The notes below the pieces were generated by a model. The model searched no databases, was not told the origin of the DNA, and saw only the letters and a list, made by a program, of their open reading frames with translations. DNA of 32,000 nt, from positions 3,510,001-3,542,000 of the forward strand of contig NC_014034.1 of assembly GCF_000021865.1 (NCBI RefSeq). The letters are read 5' to 3'. Below, in pieces: positions 18,521-26,188 of this stretch (its first letter is position 1; every line of letters starts with the position of its first letter). The translations under genes and the position numbers were made by a program. This stretch comes from Rhodobacter capsulatus SB 1003. GTDB taxonomy: Bacteria > Pseudomonadota > Alphaproteobacteria > Rhodobacterales > Rhodobacteraceae.

Positions 18521-18628
18521 GAACAACCCAATGCTTTCAAACACATAATGCACATGCAGCGTAACATTACTAGCTTGACTTCACCCGAGTCACCCGGCGG
18601 CCCGAAGCCCCGCCCCGAAAGGAACCCC

Positions 18629-20251
18629 ATGTCGCTGGATTGCCCATCCCCCACCGCCCCGCCGCTGGTCCTGCGCCGCCTTCCCGGTCAGGATCTTGTG
18701 CTGACCCCCGAGGCACTGGCCTTTCTGGCCGAGCTGCAGACCCGTTTCGGCACCCGGATTCACGCGCTGATGCTGGCGCGCGCGCGCCGTCAGGCGCGGA
18801 TCGACGCGGGCGCCCTGCCCGATTACCTGCCCGAGACGAAAGAGATCCGGCAGGGCATCTGGGAGGCCGCGCCGGTGCCCGAGGCCCTGCGCGATCGTCG
18901 GGTGGAAATCACCGGCCCGGTCGAGCGCAAGATGATGATCAACGCGCTGAACTCGGGCGCGCGGGTGTTCATGGCCGATTTCGAGGATGCGACGGCGCCA
19001 AGCTTCGCCAATATCCTTGCCGGCCATCGCAACATGCTCGATTACCGCGACGGCACGCTGGAATTCGACGATCCGAAAACCGGCAAAAGCTATCGCGTCG
19101 GCGCCGATCCGGCGGTGCTGATCGTGCGGCCGCGCGGGCTGCACATGGCCGAGGCGAATGTGCTGCTGGCCGGGCAGCCGATCTCGGCGGCGCTTTTCGA
19201 TTTCGGCCTGACGCTGTGGCATTGCGGCCGGGCGCTGGCGGCCAGCGGCCGCGGCCCGTTCTATTACCTGCCGAAGCTTGAAAGCCACCACGAGGCGCGG
19301 CTGTGGAACGAGGTCTTCGTCTTTGCCCAGGACCGCGTCGGGCTGGCGCGGGGCACGATCAAGGCGACGGTGCTGATCGAAACCCTGCCCGCCGCCTTCG
19401 AGATGGACGAGATCATCTGGGAGCTGCGCGACCATATCGCCGGGCTGAACTGCGGGCGTTGGGATTATATTTTCAGCTACATCAAGACCTTGCGCAACCA
19501 CAAGGCGTTCACCCTGCCCGACCGCGCCGAGGTGACGATGGACCGCGCCTTTCTGGCCAGCTATGCGGCACGGCTGGTCAAGGTCTGCCACCGGCGCGGC
19601 ATCCACGCCATGGGGGGCATGGCGGCGGCGATCCCGGTGCGCGACGACGCCGTGGCGAACGAACGCGCCTTCGCCCAGATCCGCGCCGACAAGCTGCGCG
19701 AGGTGGGGATGGGCCATGACGGCACCTGGGTCGCCCATCCCGATCTGGTGCCGGTGGCGATGGCGGTCTTTGACGCCGAGATGCCGGGGCCGAACCAGAT
19801 CCGCATTCCGCGGCAGGCCTGGCGGATCGAACCGGCGATGCTGTTGCGCCCGCATGAGGGCCGGGTGACCGAGGCGGGTCTGCGCACCAATATCTCGGTG
19901 GCGCTCGACTATCTGGCGGCCTGGCTCTCGGGGCGCGGCGCGGTGCCGATCCGCAACCTGATGGAGGATGCGGCGACGGCCGAGATCTGCCGCGCGCAGC
20001 TGTGGCAATGGCGCCATCACGGCGTGTCGGTGGCGCTTGCGGCGGGCGGCAGCCGGGGGGTGAGTTCCGACTGGCTGGGCGAGCTGATGCAGCAGGAAAT
20101 CGCCACGGTGCTGGACCGGATCGGGGCGAACGCCTTTCACCGCGGCCATTACGCCACCGCCGCACGGCTGCTGCTGGAAGCCGTGACCGCCGAAACCCTG
20201 CCCGATTTCCTTACCACCGCCGCCTATGCGGTTTTGAACGCGCTCGACTGA
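18629..20251 (+). CDS. aceB: Malate synthase A
   Basis: ATG at 18629 preceded by GAAAGGA. VEITGPVERKMMINALNSGARVFMADFEDATAP..., GPFYYLPKLESHHEARLWNEVF..., NCGRWDYIFS are malate synthase A motifs (541 aa). The track start at 18464 is an upstream GTG inside the intergenic region. Confidence 0.94.
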   Translation: MSLDCPSPTAPPLVLRRLPGQDLVLTPEALAFLAELQTRFGTRIHALMLARARRQARIDAGALPDYLPETKEIRQGIWEAAPVPEALRDRRVEITGPVERKMMINALNSGARVFMADFEDATAPSFANILAGHRNMLDYRDGTLEFDDPKTGKSYRVGADPAVLIVRPRGLHMAEANVLLAGQPISAALFDFGLTLWHCGRALAASGRGPFYYLPKLESHHEARLWNEVFVFAQDRVGLARGTIKATVLIETLPAAFEMDEIIWELRDHIAGLNCGRWDYIFSYIKTLRNHKAFTLPDRAEVTMDRAFLASYAARLVKVCHRRGIHAMGGMAAAIPVRDDAVANERAFAQIRADKLREVGMGHDGTWVAHPDLVPVAMAVFDAEMPGPNQIRIPRQAWRIEPAMLLRPHEGRVTEAGLRTNISVALDYLAAWLSGRGAVPIRNLMEDAATAEICRAQLWQWRHHGVSVALAAGGSRGVSSDWLGELMQQEIATVLDRIGANAFHRGHYATAARLLLEAVTAETLPDFLTTAAYAVLNALD

Positions 20252-20374
20252 TGGACCCGATCCCGCTGTTTTCGCCCTTTGGCGGCCCGATCCCCGAAGC
20301 TTGCCTGAGACCCTCGGCGCAACCTTTTCCCGCTTCCCCCAAACCCCGGGCAGAGCCCGTCGAAAGGAAACACC

Positions 20375-21985
20375 ATGACGAAAAGACAGACTTTTTCGGA
20401 AATCCGCTCCGCTATCCTGTCCCGCTACCCCTGCGGGGTCACGCCGGGTGGCGTGGCGGTCGATGACATCGTGCAGCTGCGGCTGCAAAACACCTGGGAC
20501 ACGCATCTTGATATCGCGCGGGCGATGGCCGGGGTGATGCGCGCCGACATGGCGGCCTATGACGCCGATCCGACGAAATTCACGCAAAGTCTTGGCTGCT
20601 GGTCGGGCTTTCACGCGCAGCAGATGATCAAGGCGGTCAAGCGGATGCGGGGCACAGCGCGCGGCACCTATGTCTATCTGTCGGGCTGGATGGTCGCCGG
20701 TCTGCGCAACCGCTGGGGCCATCTGCCCGATCAGTCGATGCATGAAAAGACCGCCGTCGCCGATCTGATCGCCGAGATCTACACCTCCTTGCGGCAGGCA
20801 GATGAGGTCGCGATGAACGATCTCTTCAAGGCGCTGAAAGCCGCGCAGACCGAGACCGAGCGGCAGGCAGCGATTGCGGCGATCGACGGGTTCGAAACCC
20901 ATGTCGTGCCGATCATCGCCGATATCGACGCAGGCTTTGGCAACGAACATGCGACCTATCTTCTGGCGAAAGAGCTGATCAAAGCCGGGGCCTGCTGTTT
21001 GCAGATCGAAAATCAGGTCTCGGATGCCAAGCAATGCGGCCATCAGGACGGCAAGGTGACGGTCCCGCGCGAGGATTTCATCGAAAAGCTGCGCGCCTGT
21101 CGGCTGGCCTTCGAGGAGCTGGGGGTGGAAGACGGGGTGATCGTCGCCCGCACCGACAGTCTGGGCGCCGGTCTGACGCAGAAGGTGCCGGTGTCGCAAC
21201 GCCCGGGCGATCTGGCCTCGGACTACATCAAATGGCTGGCGACCGCGCCGATCAGCGCCGAAAACCCGATCCGCGAGGGCGAACTGGCGCTTTATCAGAA
21301 CGGCGCCTTCGTCAAGCCGCAGCGGCTGGCGAACGGGCTTTTCCCGTTCCGCCCCGGCACCGGCCGCGCCCGGGTGGTGGAAGATTGCATCGCCTCGCTG
21401 ACGCTGGGGGGCGCCGATCTTTTGTGGATCGAGACCGACACGCCGAATGTCGATGAAATCGCCGGGATGGTGGCCGAGATCCGCAAGGTCGTGCCCGATG
21501 CGAAGCTGACCTACAACAACTCGCCCAGCTTCAACTGGACGCTGAACCTGCGCAAGCAGGTGCGCGCGCAGTGGCTGGCCGAGGGCACGATCACCGAAGA
21601 CGCTTATCCGAACGGGCCCGAGCTGATGAAGCCCGACTATGACGACACGCCCTTCGGCCGCGAAGCCGATGCGTGGCTCAAGGCCTTCCAGACCGAGATC
21701 GCGACGCGGGCGGGGGTGTTCCACAACCTGATCACCCTGCCCACCTTCCATCTGACCGCGAAATCGATGGATGAACTCTCGCGCGGCTATTTCGGCGAAG
21801 ACAAGATGCTGGCCTATGTCGCCACGGTGCAGCGCGCGGAAATCCGCGGCGGCGTCTCGGCGGTGAAGCACCAGCACGAGGTCGGCTCGGATCTGGGCGA
21901 CACGTTCAAGGAGATGGTCGCGGGCGAACGCGCGCTGAAGGCGGGCGGGCATGCCAATACGATGAACCAGTTCGCGGCAGAGTGA
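20375..21985 (+). CDS. aceA: Isocitrate lyase, long (~535 aa) form
   Basis: ORF 20375..21985, GAAAGGAAA upstream. IIADIDAGFGN and the catalytic-loop signature KQCGHQDGK (variant of KKCGH). TDTPN... matches the ICL family. At 536 aa it has insertions relative to the ~430-aa enterobacterial type. Confidence 0.94.
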   Translation: MTKRQTFSEIRSAILSRYPCGVTPGGVAVDDIVQLRLQNTWDTHLDIARAMAGVMRADMAAYDADPTKFTQSLGCWSGFHAQQMIKAVKRMRGTARGTYVYLSGWMVAGLRNRWGHLPDQSMHEKTAVADLIAEIYTSLRQADEVAMNDLFKALKAAQTETERQAAIAAIDGFETHVVPIIADIDAGFGNEHATYLLAKELIKAGACCLQIENQVSDAKQCGHQDGKVTVPREDFIEKLRACRLAFEELGVEDGVIVARTDSLGAGLTQKVPVSQRPGDLASDYIKWLATAPISAENPIREGELALYQNGAFVKPQRLANGLFPFRPGTGRARVVEDCIASLTLGGADLLWIETDTPNVDEIAGMVAEIRKVVPDAKLTYNNSPSFNWTLNLRKQVRAQWLAEGTITEDAYPNGPELMKPDYDDTPFGREADAWLKAFQTEIATRAGVFHNLITLPTFHLTAKSMDELSRGYFGEDKMLAYVATVQRAEIRGGVSAVKHQHEVGSDLGDTFKEMVAGERALKAGGHANTMNQFAAE

Positions 21986-22006
21986 AGCAAGGGAGGGCCG
22001 AAAGCG

Positions 22007-22044
22007 CCGTGCCGCCCCACGACCCCGGGGCGGCACGGTTCTTG
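22007..22044 (+). terminator. Rho-independent terminator after aceA, possibly bidirectional
   Basis: Perfect 12-bp stem CCGTGCCGCCCC (22007-22018) / GGGGCGGCACGG (22027-22038), 8-nt loop, then TTCTTG. Lies between the convergent aceA and the minus-strand gene ending at 22062. Confidence 0.65.
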
Positions 22045-22061
22045 CGCGCGGGGCCCGGCGC

Positions 22062-23199
22062 TCAGGCGAAGACGCCGGGCATGACCCCCTGCGGCCCGGC
22101 GCCGATCAGCGTGGCAAGGCTGCCCATCGCCGCCCAGTCGATCCCTTGCACCGGCGCCAGCCCGGCGCGATGGCGCAGCAGCGCAAGCCGTTCCGCACAA
22201 TCCGCAAGCGGCCCCGAGCCCAGACCGCCCTGCAGGATCAGCCGGTCCGGCAGGGCCTGACGCAGGTCTTCCAGCAGCCGCGCCGACCGCCCGCCGGGGG
22301 CTTCGGCGCGCATCCTCGAGCCGGTCACGATCACCACCGCCCCGGCTTCGCCGCGCAGGCTGTCCAGGATGTCGCCAAGCTCAAGCTCGAGGATCACCCG
22401 CACGACAGCCCCGCAAGGCGCAACAGATCCGCCTTCAGGATCGTGCCGATCATCTCGGTTTCCCCCGGCGGCATCACGATGCAGACCCGCCCGCGCGGCG
22501 GCAGCGGCTGCGACGGCCGCCCCGCTCGCTGCAGCAGGCTGTTCAGACGGGTCTGCGCCAGAGCCACCTCGGCAAAGCCGATCGCCGCGGCCTCCTGCAT
22601 CTGGCCAAGCCGCTGCAGGCTTTCCGCGACGAACCCGGCCCGCGCCTGCAGATCGTCGCGCGCCAGCACCGGCAGGGCTGGCTCCGCCGCGCTGTCCAGC
22701 AGCCTTTCGACGAAATCGGGCACCCGCCGCAACAGGTCGGATTGCGCGAAAGAGCCCAACGCATGATCTTGCGCCAGATCGTCGAAGACGCGCTGCGCCA
22801 GCGCCAGCAGATCCTCCTCCGGCCGCCACGCCGTCCCGTCGCGCAGGCGGGCGGGGTGCTGATGCAGGACCGCCTGCCGCAAAGGCCAGCGGGGAAAGCG
22901 GCGCCTGTCGGTCCAGCCGACCGAAAGCAGCCGCGCCTCGGCCAGCCGGGGGTCGGGGCGATCTGCGCCATCGCGGCGCAAAGCTGCGGCCCGCCCTTCG
23001 ATCCAGTGCAGCCAACCGTCCTCGACCGCAACCGTCGCCCCGCACAGATCTGCGCGCCCGGCAGGGCCGCCAGATCGTGCCGGATCGGGGCGCCGGTCTG
23101 CGGCGGGTCCGCCGCGCGGGCCGCGCCGATCAGAACCAGGCGCAACAGCCGTTGCCTGCCGGGCAAAGAAGTTTCCATCGCGTCCATTTTCACCGCCAT
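22062..23199 (-). pseudogene. Riboswitch-controlled gene for a cobalamin-binding-domain-like protein; reading frame broken twice (pseudogene, sequencing compression, or recoding)
   Basis: Protein-like translation runs through three minus-strand frames. Segment 1 is 23199 to ~23045 (MAVKMDAMETSLPGRQRLLRLVLIGAARAADPPQTGAPIRHDLAALPGAQIC). Segment 2 is ~23044 to ~22412 (ATVAVEDGWLHWIEG...RVCIVMPPGETEMIGTILKADLLRLAG). Segment 3 is ~22411 to 22062 (AVVRVILELELGDILDSLRGEAGAVVIVTGS...GVFA*). ATG 23199 has a GGGAGG Shine-Dalgarno. One extra G at each junction restores a single 1140-nt (379-aa) ORF. Confidence 0.5.
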
Positions 23200-23297
23200 G
23201 CGCGCCTCCCTGAACAGGGGCGGGGAAACGGCGACACGAACCAAGGCGCGGGCCTCAGGCTTCACGTCCCCCCGGTTCACCCCGCCCGAAACGTCTG

Positions 23298-23474
23298 CGA
23301 TGGCAGGTCTCCTGGCTTGCGGGTCATCGCGCCCCCGGACCTTCCCGGGCGCGGGCCCAGTGGCATTTCCGGCGTTGCTCGTCGCTCACAGTTGCGGGGG
23401 CAGCCGCGGCCTTGCCCGGACGGGCGCACCGCATTCCCTTTTCAGGCGCAGCCCCGAAGACCGCGCCACCATCG
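23298..23474 (-). promoter_or_regulatory. Cobalamin (B12) riboswitch, minus strand, upstream of the 23199 start codon
   Basis: Minus-strand read: CGATGG...AAAAGGGAATGCGGTGCG...GCGGCTGCCCCCGCAACTGTGAGCGACGAGC...GCCACTGGGCCCGCGCCCGGGAAGG...AGCCAGGAGACCTGCCATCG. Conserved core (GGGAA..GGTG, CCCCGCAACTGT, B12 box GCCACTG, GGGAAGG, CAGGAGACCTGCC) and a closing P1 (CGATGG/CCATCG). Confidence 0.82.
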
Positions 23475-23648
23475 CCACAAGGATGAAAGCAACCGGCGGC
23501 GCTGTAAAGCGGGTTTGCGCCCCCAAAGGGCCGCTGCGCGGCACTCGGTCGCAGGCGGCACCGGCCTGGCGCCTGTTTGCACGGGCTGCGGCGGGCCTTG
23601 GGCGGCGGGCGGCGGCAGGCGCAGCGGCAGCAAAGGGAAAACTACATG

Positions 23649-23678
23649 TTGACACCAAGCGCCGGTTGATTGCTATAT
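23649..23678 (+). promoter_or_regulatory. Sigma70-type promoter candidate for the riboswitch-nrdD transcript
   Basis: TTGACA (23649-23654), 18-nt spacer, CTATAT (23673-23678), placing the transcription start just before riboswitch P1. Confidence 0.45.
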
Positions 23679-23684
23679 CGTGAC

Positions 23685-23850
23685 GCTCTGGGTCTTGCGG
23701 TTCCCCGCAAGCCAAGAGGGAAGCCGGTGCGATTCCGGCGCTGCCCCCGCAACTGTAAGCGGCGAGCGCGGCTGATCACGCCACTGGGCCCCGGCCCGGG
23801 AAGGCCAGCCAAGCTGTGACCCGCAAAGCAGGAGACCTGCCCGAGCCTTG
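23685..23850 (+). promoter_or_regulatory. Cobalamin (B12) riboswitch, plus strand, upstream of nrdD
   Basis: CTCTGGGTCTTGCGGTTCCCCGCAAGCCAAGAGGGAAGCCGGTGCGATTCCGGCGCTGCCCCCGCAACTGTAAGCGGCGAGCG...GCCACTGGGCCCCGGCCCGGGAAGGCC...AGCAGGAGACCTGCCCGAG. All conserved cobalamin-riboswitch core elements, including the B12 box, are present. About 100 nt upstream of the nrdD ATG. Confidence 0.87.
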
Positions 23851-23951
23851 ATGACCACCGCTGGCGGAGGGCCGTGCGGGGCGCTGTCGGACCCGTTGCC
23901 GGGGCCGTACGGCGTTCCCGTCCCTGCAAAGGCCCAAGGACGAGGACCGCG

Positions 23952-25982
23952 ATGCCGATCGCCGATGCTGCTTTGACTGCCCCCGCGGGTTTTTCCACCC
24001 TGCGCACCCGCGATGGCGCGCTTGTGCCCTTTGACGCCCGCCGCATCGTGGCGGCGCTGGCGCGGGCGGGCGATGCCAGCGGCGAATTCGGCGCGGCCGA
24101 GGCCCGGGACCTGACGCAAGCGGTGCTTGACCGGCTGGCGCTTCTGGCCCCGGCCAGCCCCCCCGATGTCGAGACGATCCAGAACATGGTCGAGGCGGTC
24201 CTGGCCGATACCGCCCATGTTGCCACCGCCCGCGCCTATGCGGTCTACCGCGACCAGCACGCCCGCCTGCGCGCGGACAACCGGGTGCTGATCGACGTTG
24301 AACGCTCGGTCAGCGAATATCTGGAACGCTCCGACTGGCGGGTGAATGCCAATGCCAATCAGGGCTATTCGCTGGGCGGGATGATCCTGAACATCTCGGG
24401 CAAGGTGACGGCGAATTACTGGCTGAGCCATGTCTATCCGCCCGAGGTCGGCGAAGCGCATCGCGAGGGCGACATCCATATCCACGATCTGGACATGTTC
24501 GCGGGCTATTGCGCGGGCTGGTCGCTGCGCACGCTGCTGCACGAGGGGCTGAACGGCGTGCCCGGCGCGATCGAATCCGCCCCGCCCGCGCATCTGTCAA
24601 GCGCGCTGGGGCAGATCGTCAACTTTCTGGGCACGTTGCAGAACGAATGGGCGGGGGCGCAGGCGTTTTCCTCCTTTGACACCTATCTGGCGCCCTATGT
24701 GCGGCTGGACGGGCTGAGCTATGCGCAGGTCCGTCAGGCGATGCAGGAATTCATCTACAACCTGAATGTCCCCTCACGCTGGGGCACGCAGACGCCCTTT
24801 ACCAACCTGACCTTTGACTGGACCTGCCCCGAGGATCTGCGCGATCAGGTGCCCATGGTGCAGGGCCGCGAGGTGGGCTTCACCTATGGCGATCTGCAGG
24901 CCGAGATGGACCTGATCAACCGCGCCTATATCGAGGTGATGACGGCGGGCGATGCCAAGGGGCGGGTTTTCACCTTTCCGATCCCCACCTACAACATCAC
25001 CCCGGATTTTCCGTGGGAGAGCGACAACGCCGATGCGCTGTTCGAGATGACGGCGAAGTACGGGCTTCCGTATTTCCAGAATTTCGTGAATTCGGAATTG
25101 CAGCCGCATATGGTGCGCTCGATGTGCTGCCGGTTGCAGCTGGACCTGACCGAGCTGCTCAAGCGCGGCAACGGGCTGTTCGGCTCGGCGGAACAGACCG
25201 GATCGCTGGGCGTCGTCACGCTCAATTGCGCGCGGCTCGGTCATCTGCACCGCGGCGACGAGGGCGAGCTGATGGTGGCGCTGGATCATCTGGCGCGGCT
25301 CGCGCGCACCAGCCTTGAGATCAAGCGCAAGGTGATCCAGCGCCATATCGATGCCGGGCTTTTCCCCTATACCAAGCGCTACCTTGGCACGCTGCGCAAC
25401 CACTTCTCGACGCTCGGCGTGAACGGGCTGAACGAGATGGTGCGGAATTTCACCGCCGATGCCGAGGATATCACCACCGAGGCGGGCAAGGCGCTGGCGC
25501 TGCGGGTGCTTGATCGGCTGCGGGCGCAGATGGTGGCCTTTCAGGAAGAGACCGGCCATCTTTACAACCTTGAAGCCACCCCGGCCGAGGGCACGACCTA
25601 TCGCTTTGCCCGCGAAGACCGCAAGCGCTTCCCCGGCATCCTGCAGGCGGGCACGGCCGATCAGCCCTATTACACCAATTCCTCGCAGCTGCCGGTGGGC
25701 TTCACCGATGACCCGTTCGAAGCCCTGGCGCATCAGGAAGCGCTGCAGGCGAAATACACCGGCGGCACCGTGCTGCATCTTTACATGGGCAGCCGGGTCT
25801 CCTCGGCCGAGGCCTGCCGCAAACTGGTGCGCCGGGCGCTGACGAACTTCCGCCTGCCCTATATCACCGTCACCCCCACCTTCTCGATCTGCCCGAAACA
25901 CGGCTACATCGCGGGCGAACACGAATTCTGCCCGAAATGCGATGCCGAACTGATCGCGAAGAAACGCGCCTGCGCCTGCTGA
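23952..25982 (+). CDS. nrdD: Anaerobic ribonucleoside-triphosphate reductase (class III) large polypeptide: ATP-cone plus catalytic barrel plus Zn-ribbon, but no glycyl-radical motif
   Basis: ATG at 23952 preceded by AAGGACGAGGA. N-terminal ATP-cone (LRTRDGALVPFDARRIVAAL...). NISGKVTANYWL, IHIHDLD, NEWAGAQAFSSFDTYLAPY, TFPIPTYN, MCCRL and LEATPAEGT..YRFA are NrdD motifs. Ends ...CPKHGYIAGEHEFCPKCDAELIAKKRACAC*. Confidence 0.92.
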   Translation: MPIADAALTAPAGFSTLRTRDGALVPFDARRIVAALARAGDASGEFGAAEARDLTQAVLDRLALLAPASPPDVETIQNMVEAVLADTAHVATARAYAVYRDQHARLRADNRVLIDVERSVSEYLERSDWRVNANANQGYSLGGMILNISGKVTANYWLSHVYPPEVGEAHREGDIHIHDLDMFAGYCAGWSLRTLLHEGLNGVPGAIESAPPAHLSSALGQIVNFLGTLQNEWAGAQAFSSFDTYLAPYVRLDGLSYAQVRQAMQEFIYNLNVPSRWGTQTPFTNLTFDWTCPEDLRDQVPMVQGREVGFTYGDLQAEMDLINRAYIEVMTAGDAKGRVFTFPIPTYNITPDFPWESDNADALFEMTAKYGLPYFQNFVNSELQPHMVRSMCCRLQLDLTELLKRGNGLFGSAEQTGSLGVVTLNCARLGHLHRGDEGELMVALDHLARLARTSLEIKRKVIQRHIDAGLFPYTKRYLGTLRNHFSTLGVNGLNEMVRNFTADAEDITTEAGKALALRVLDRLRAQMVAFQEETGHLYNLEATPAEGTTYRFAREDRKRFPGILQAGTADQPYYTNSSQLPVGFTDDPFEALAHQEALQAKYTGGTVLHLYMGSRVSSAEACRKLVRRALTNFRLPYITVTPTFSICPKHGYIAGEHEFCPKCDAELIAKKRACAC

Positions 25983-25999
25983 CCCCAAAGGAGAACCCG

Positions 26000-26188
26000 A
26001 TGAACAAGCCGCTGACCCAGACCGACCTTGAAAGCGCGATGACCCTTGACGATGCCGAACGCACCCGCTGCGAGATCTGGACGCGGGTGATGGGCTATCA
26101 CCGGCCGATGGCCTCCTTCAACACCGGCAAGAAGGGCGAGGCGGCCGAGCGGGTCTATTTCTCCGAAGCGCGGGCGCATCTTGGCTGA
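26000..26188 (+). CDS. Small (62 aa) stand-alone NrdD C-terminal glycyl-radical segment
   Basis: ATG at 26000 preceded by AAAGGAG at good spacing, 17 nt after the nrdD stop and in a different frame. TRVMGYHRPMASFNTGKKGEAAERVYF matches the canonical NrdD C-terminal RV.GY....N.GK..E...R glycyl-radical motif. Confidence 0.75.
   Translation: MNKPLTQTDLESAMTLDDAERTRCEIWTRVMGYHRPMASFNTGKKGEAAERVYFSEARAHLG

Noticed and set aside
18590-22036. 1148-aa minus-strand ORF
   Set aside because: Antisense to aceB and aceA, both of which carry unmistakable family signatures. The translation is low-complexity and Arg/Gly/Pro/His-rich.
22369-23683. Plus-strand ORFs 22369..23652 (427 aa) and 22742..23683 (313 aa)
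   Set aside because: They are antisense to the minus-strand protein-like frames and run straight through the minus-strand cobalamin riboswitch. The translations are Pro/Arg/Ala-rich with no motifs.
23639-23683. Possible tandem NrdR boxes overlapping the nrdD promoter (AAACTACATGTTGACA and ..TATATCGTGA)
   Set aside because: Box 1 matches about 10 of 16 consensus positions (acaCwAtATaTwGtgt), and box 2 matches only in its right half. The centre-to-centre distance is ~29 bp rather than the usual ~31-32 bp. The similarity is not convincing without a PWM scan, so these are better read as the -35 and -10 elements.
25937-26000. Programmed -1 frameshift or a simple indel fusing nrdD to the downstream glycyl-radical ORF
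   Set aside because: The downstream frame is open back to 25937, so a fusion is formally possible. However, the overlap has no X_XXY_YYZ slippery heptamer, and the small ORF has its own strong SD (AAAGGAG) and ATG. I treat it as a genuine separate ORF. An assembly error cannot be excluded (see findings).
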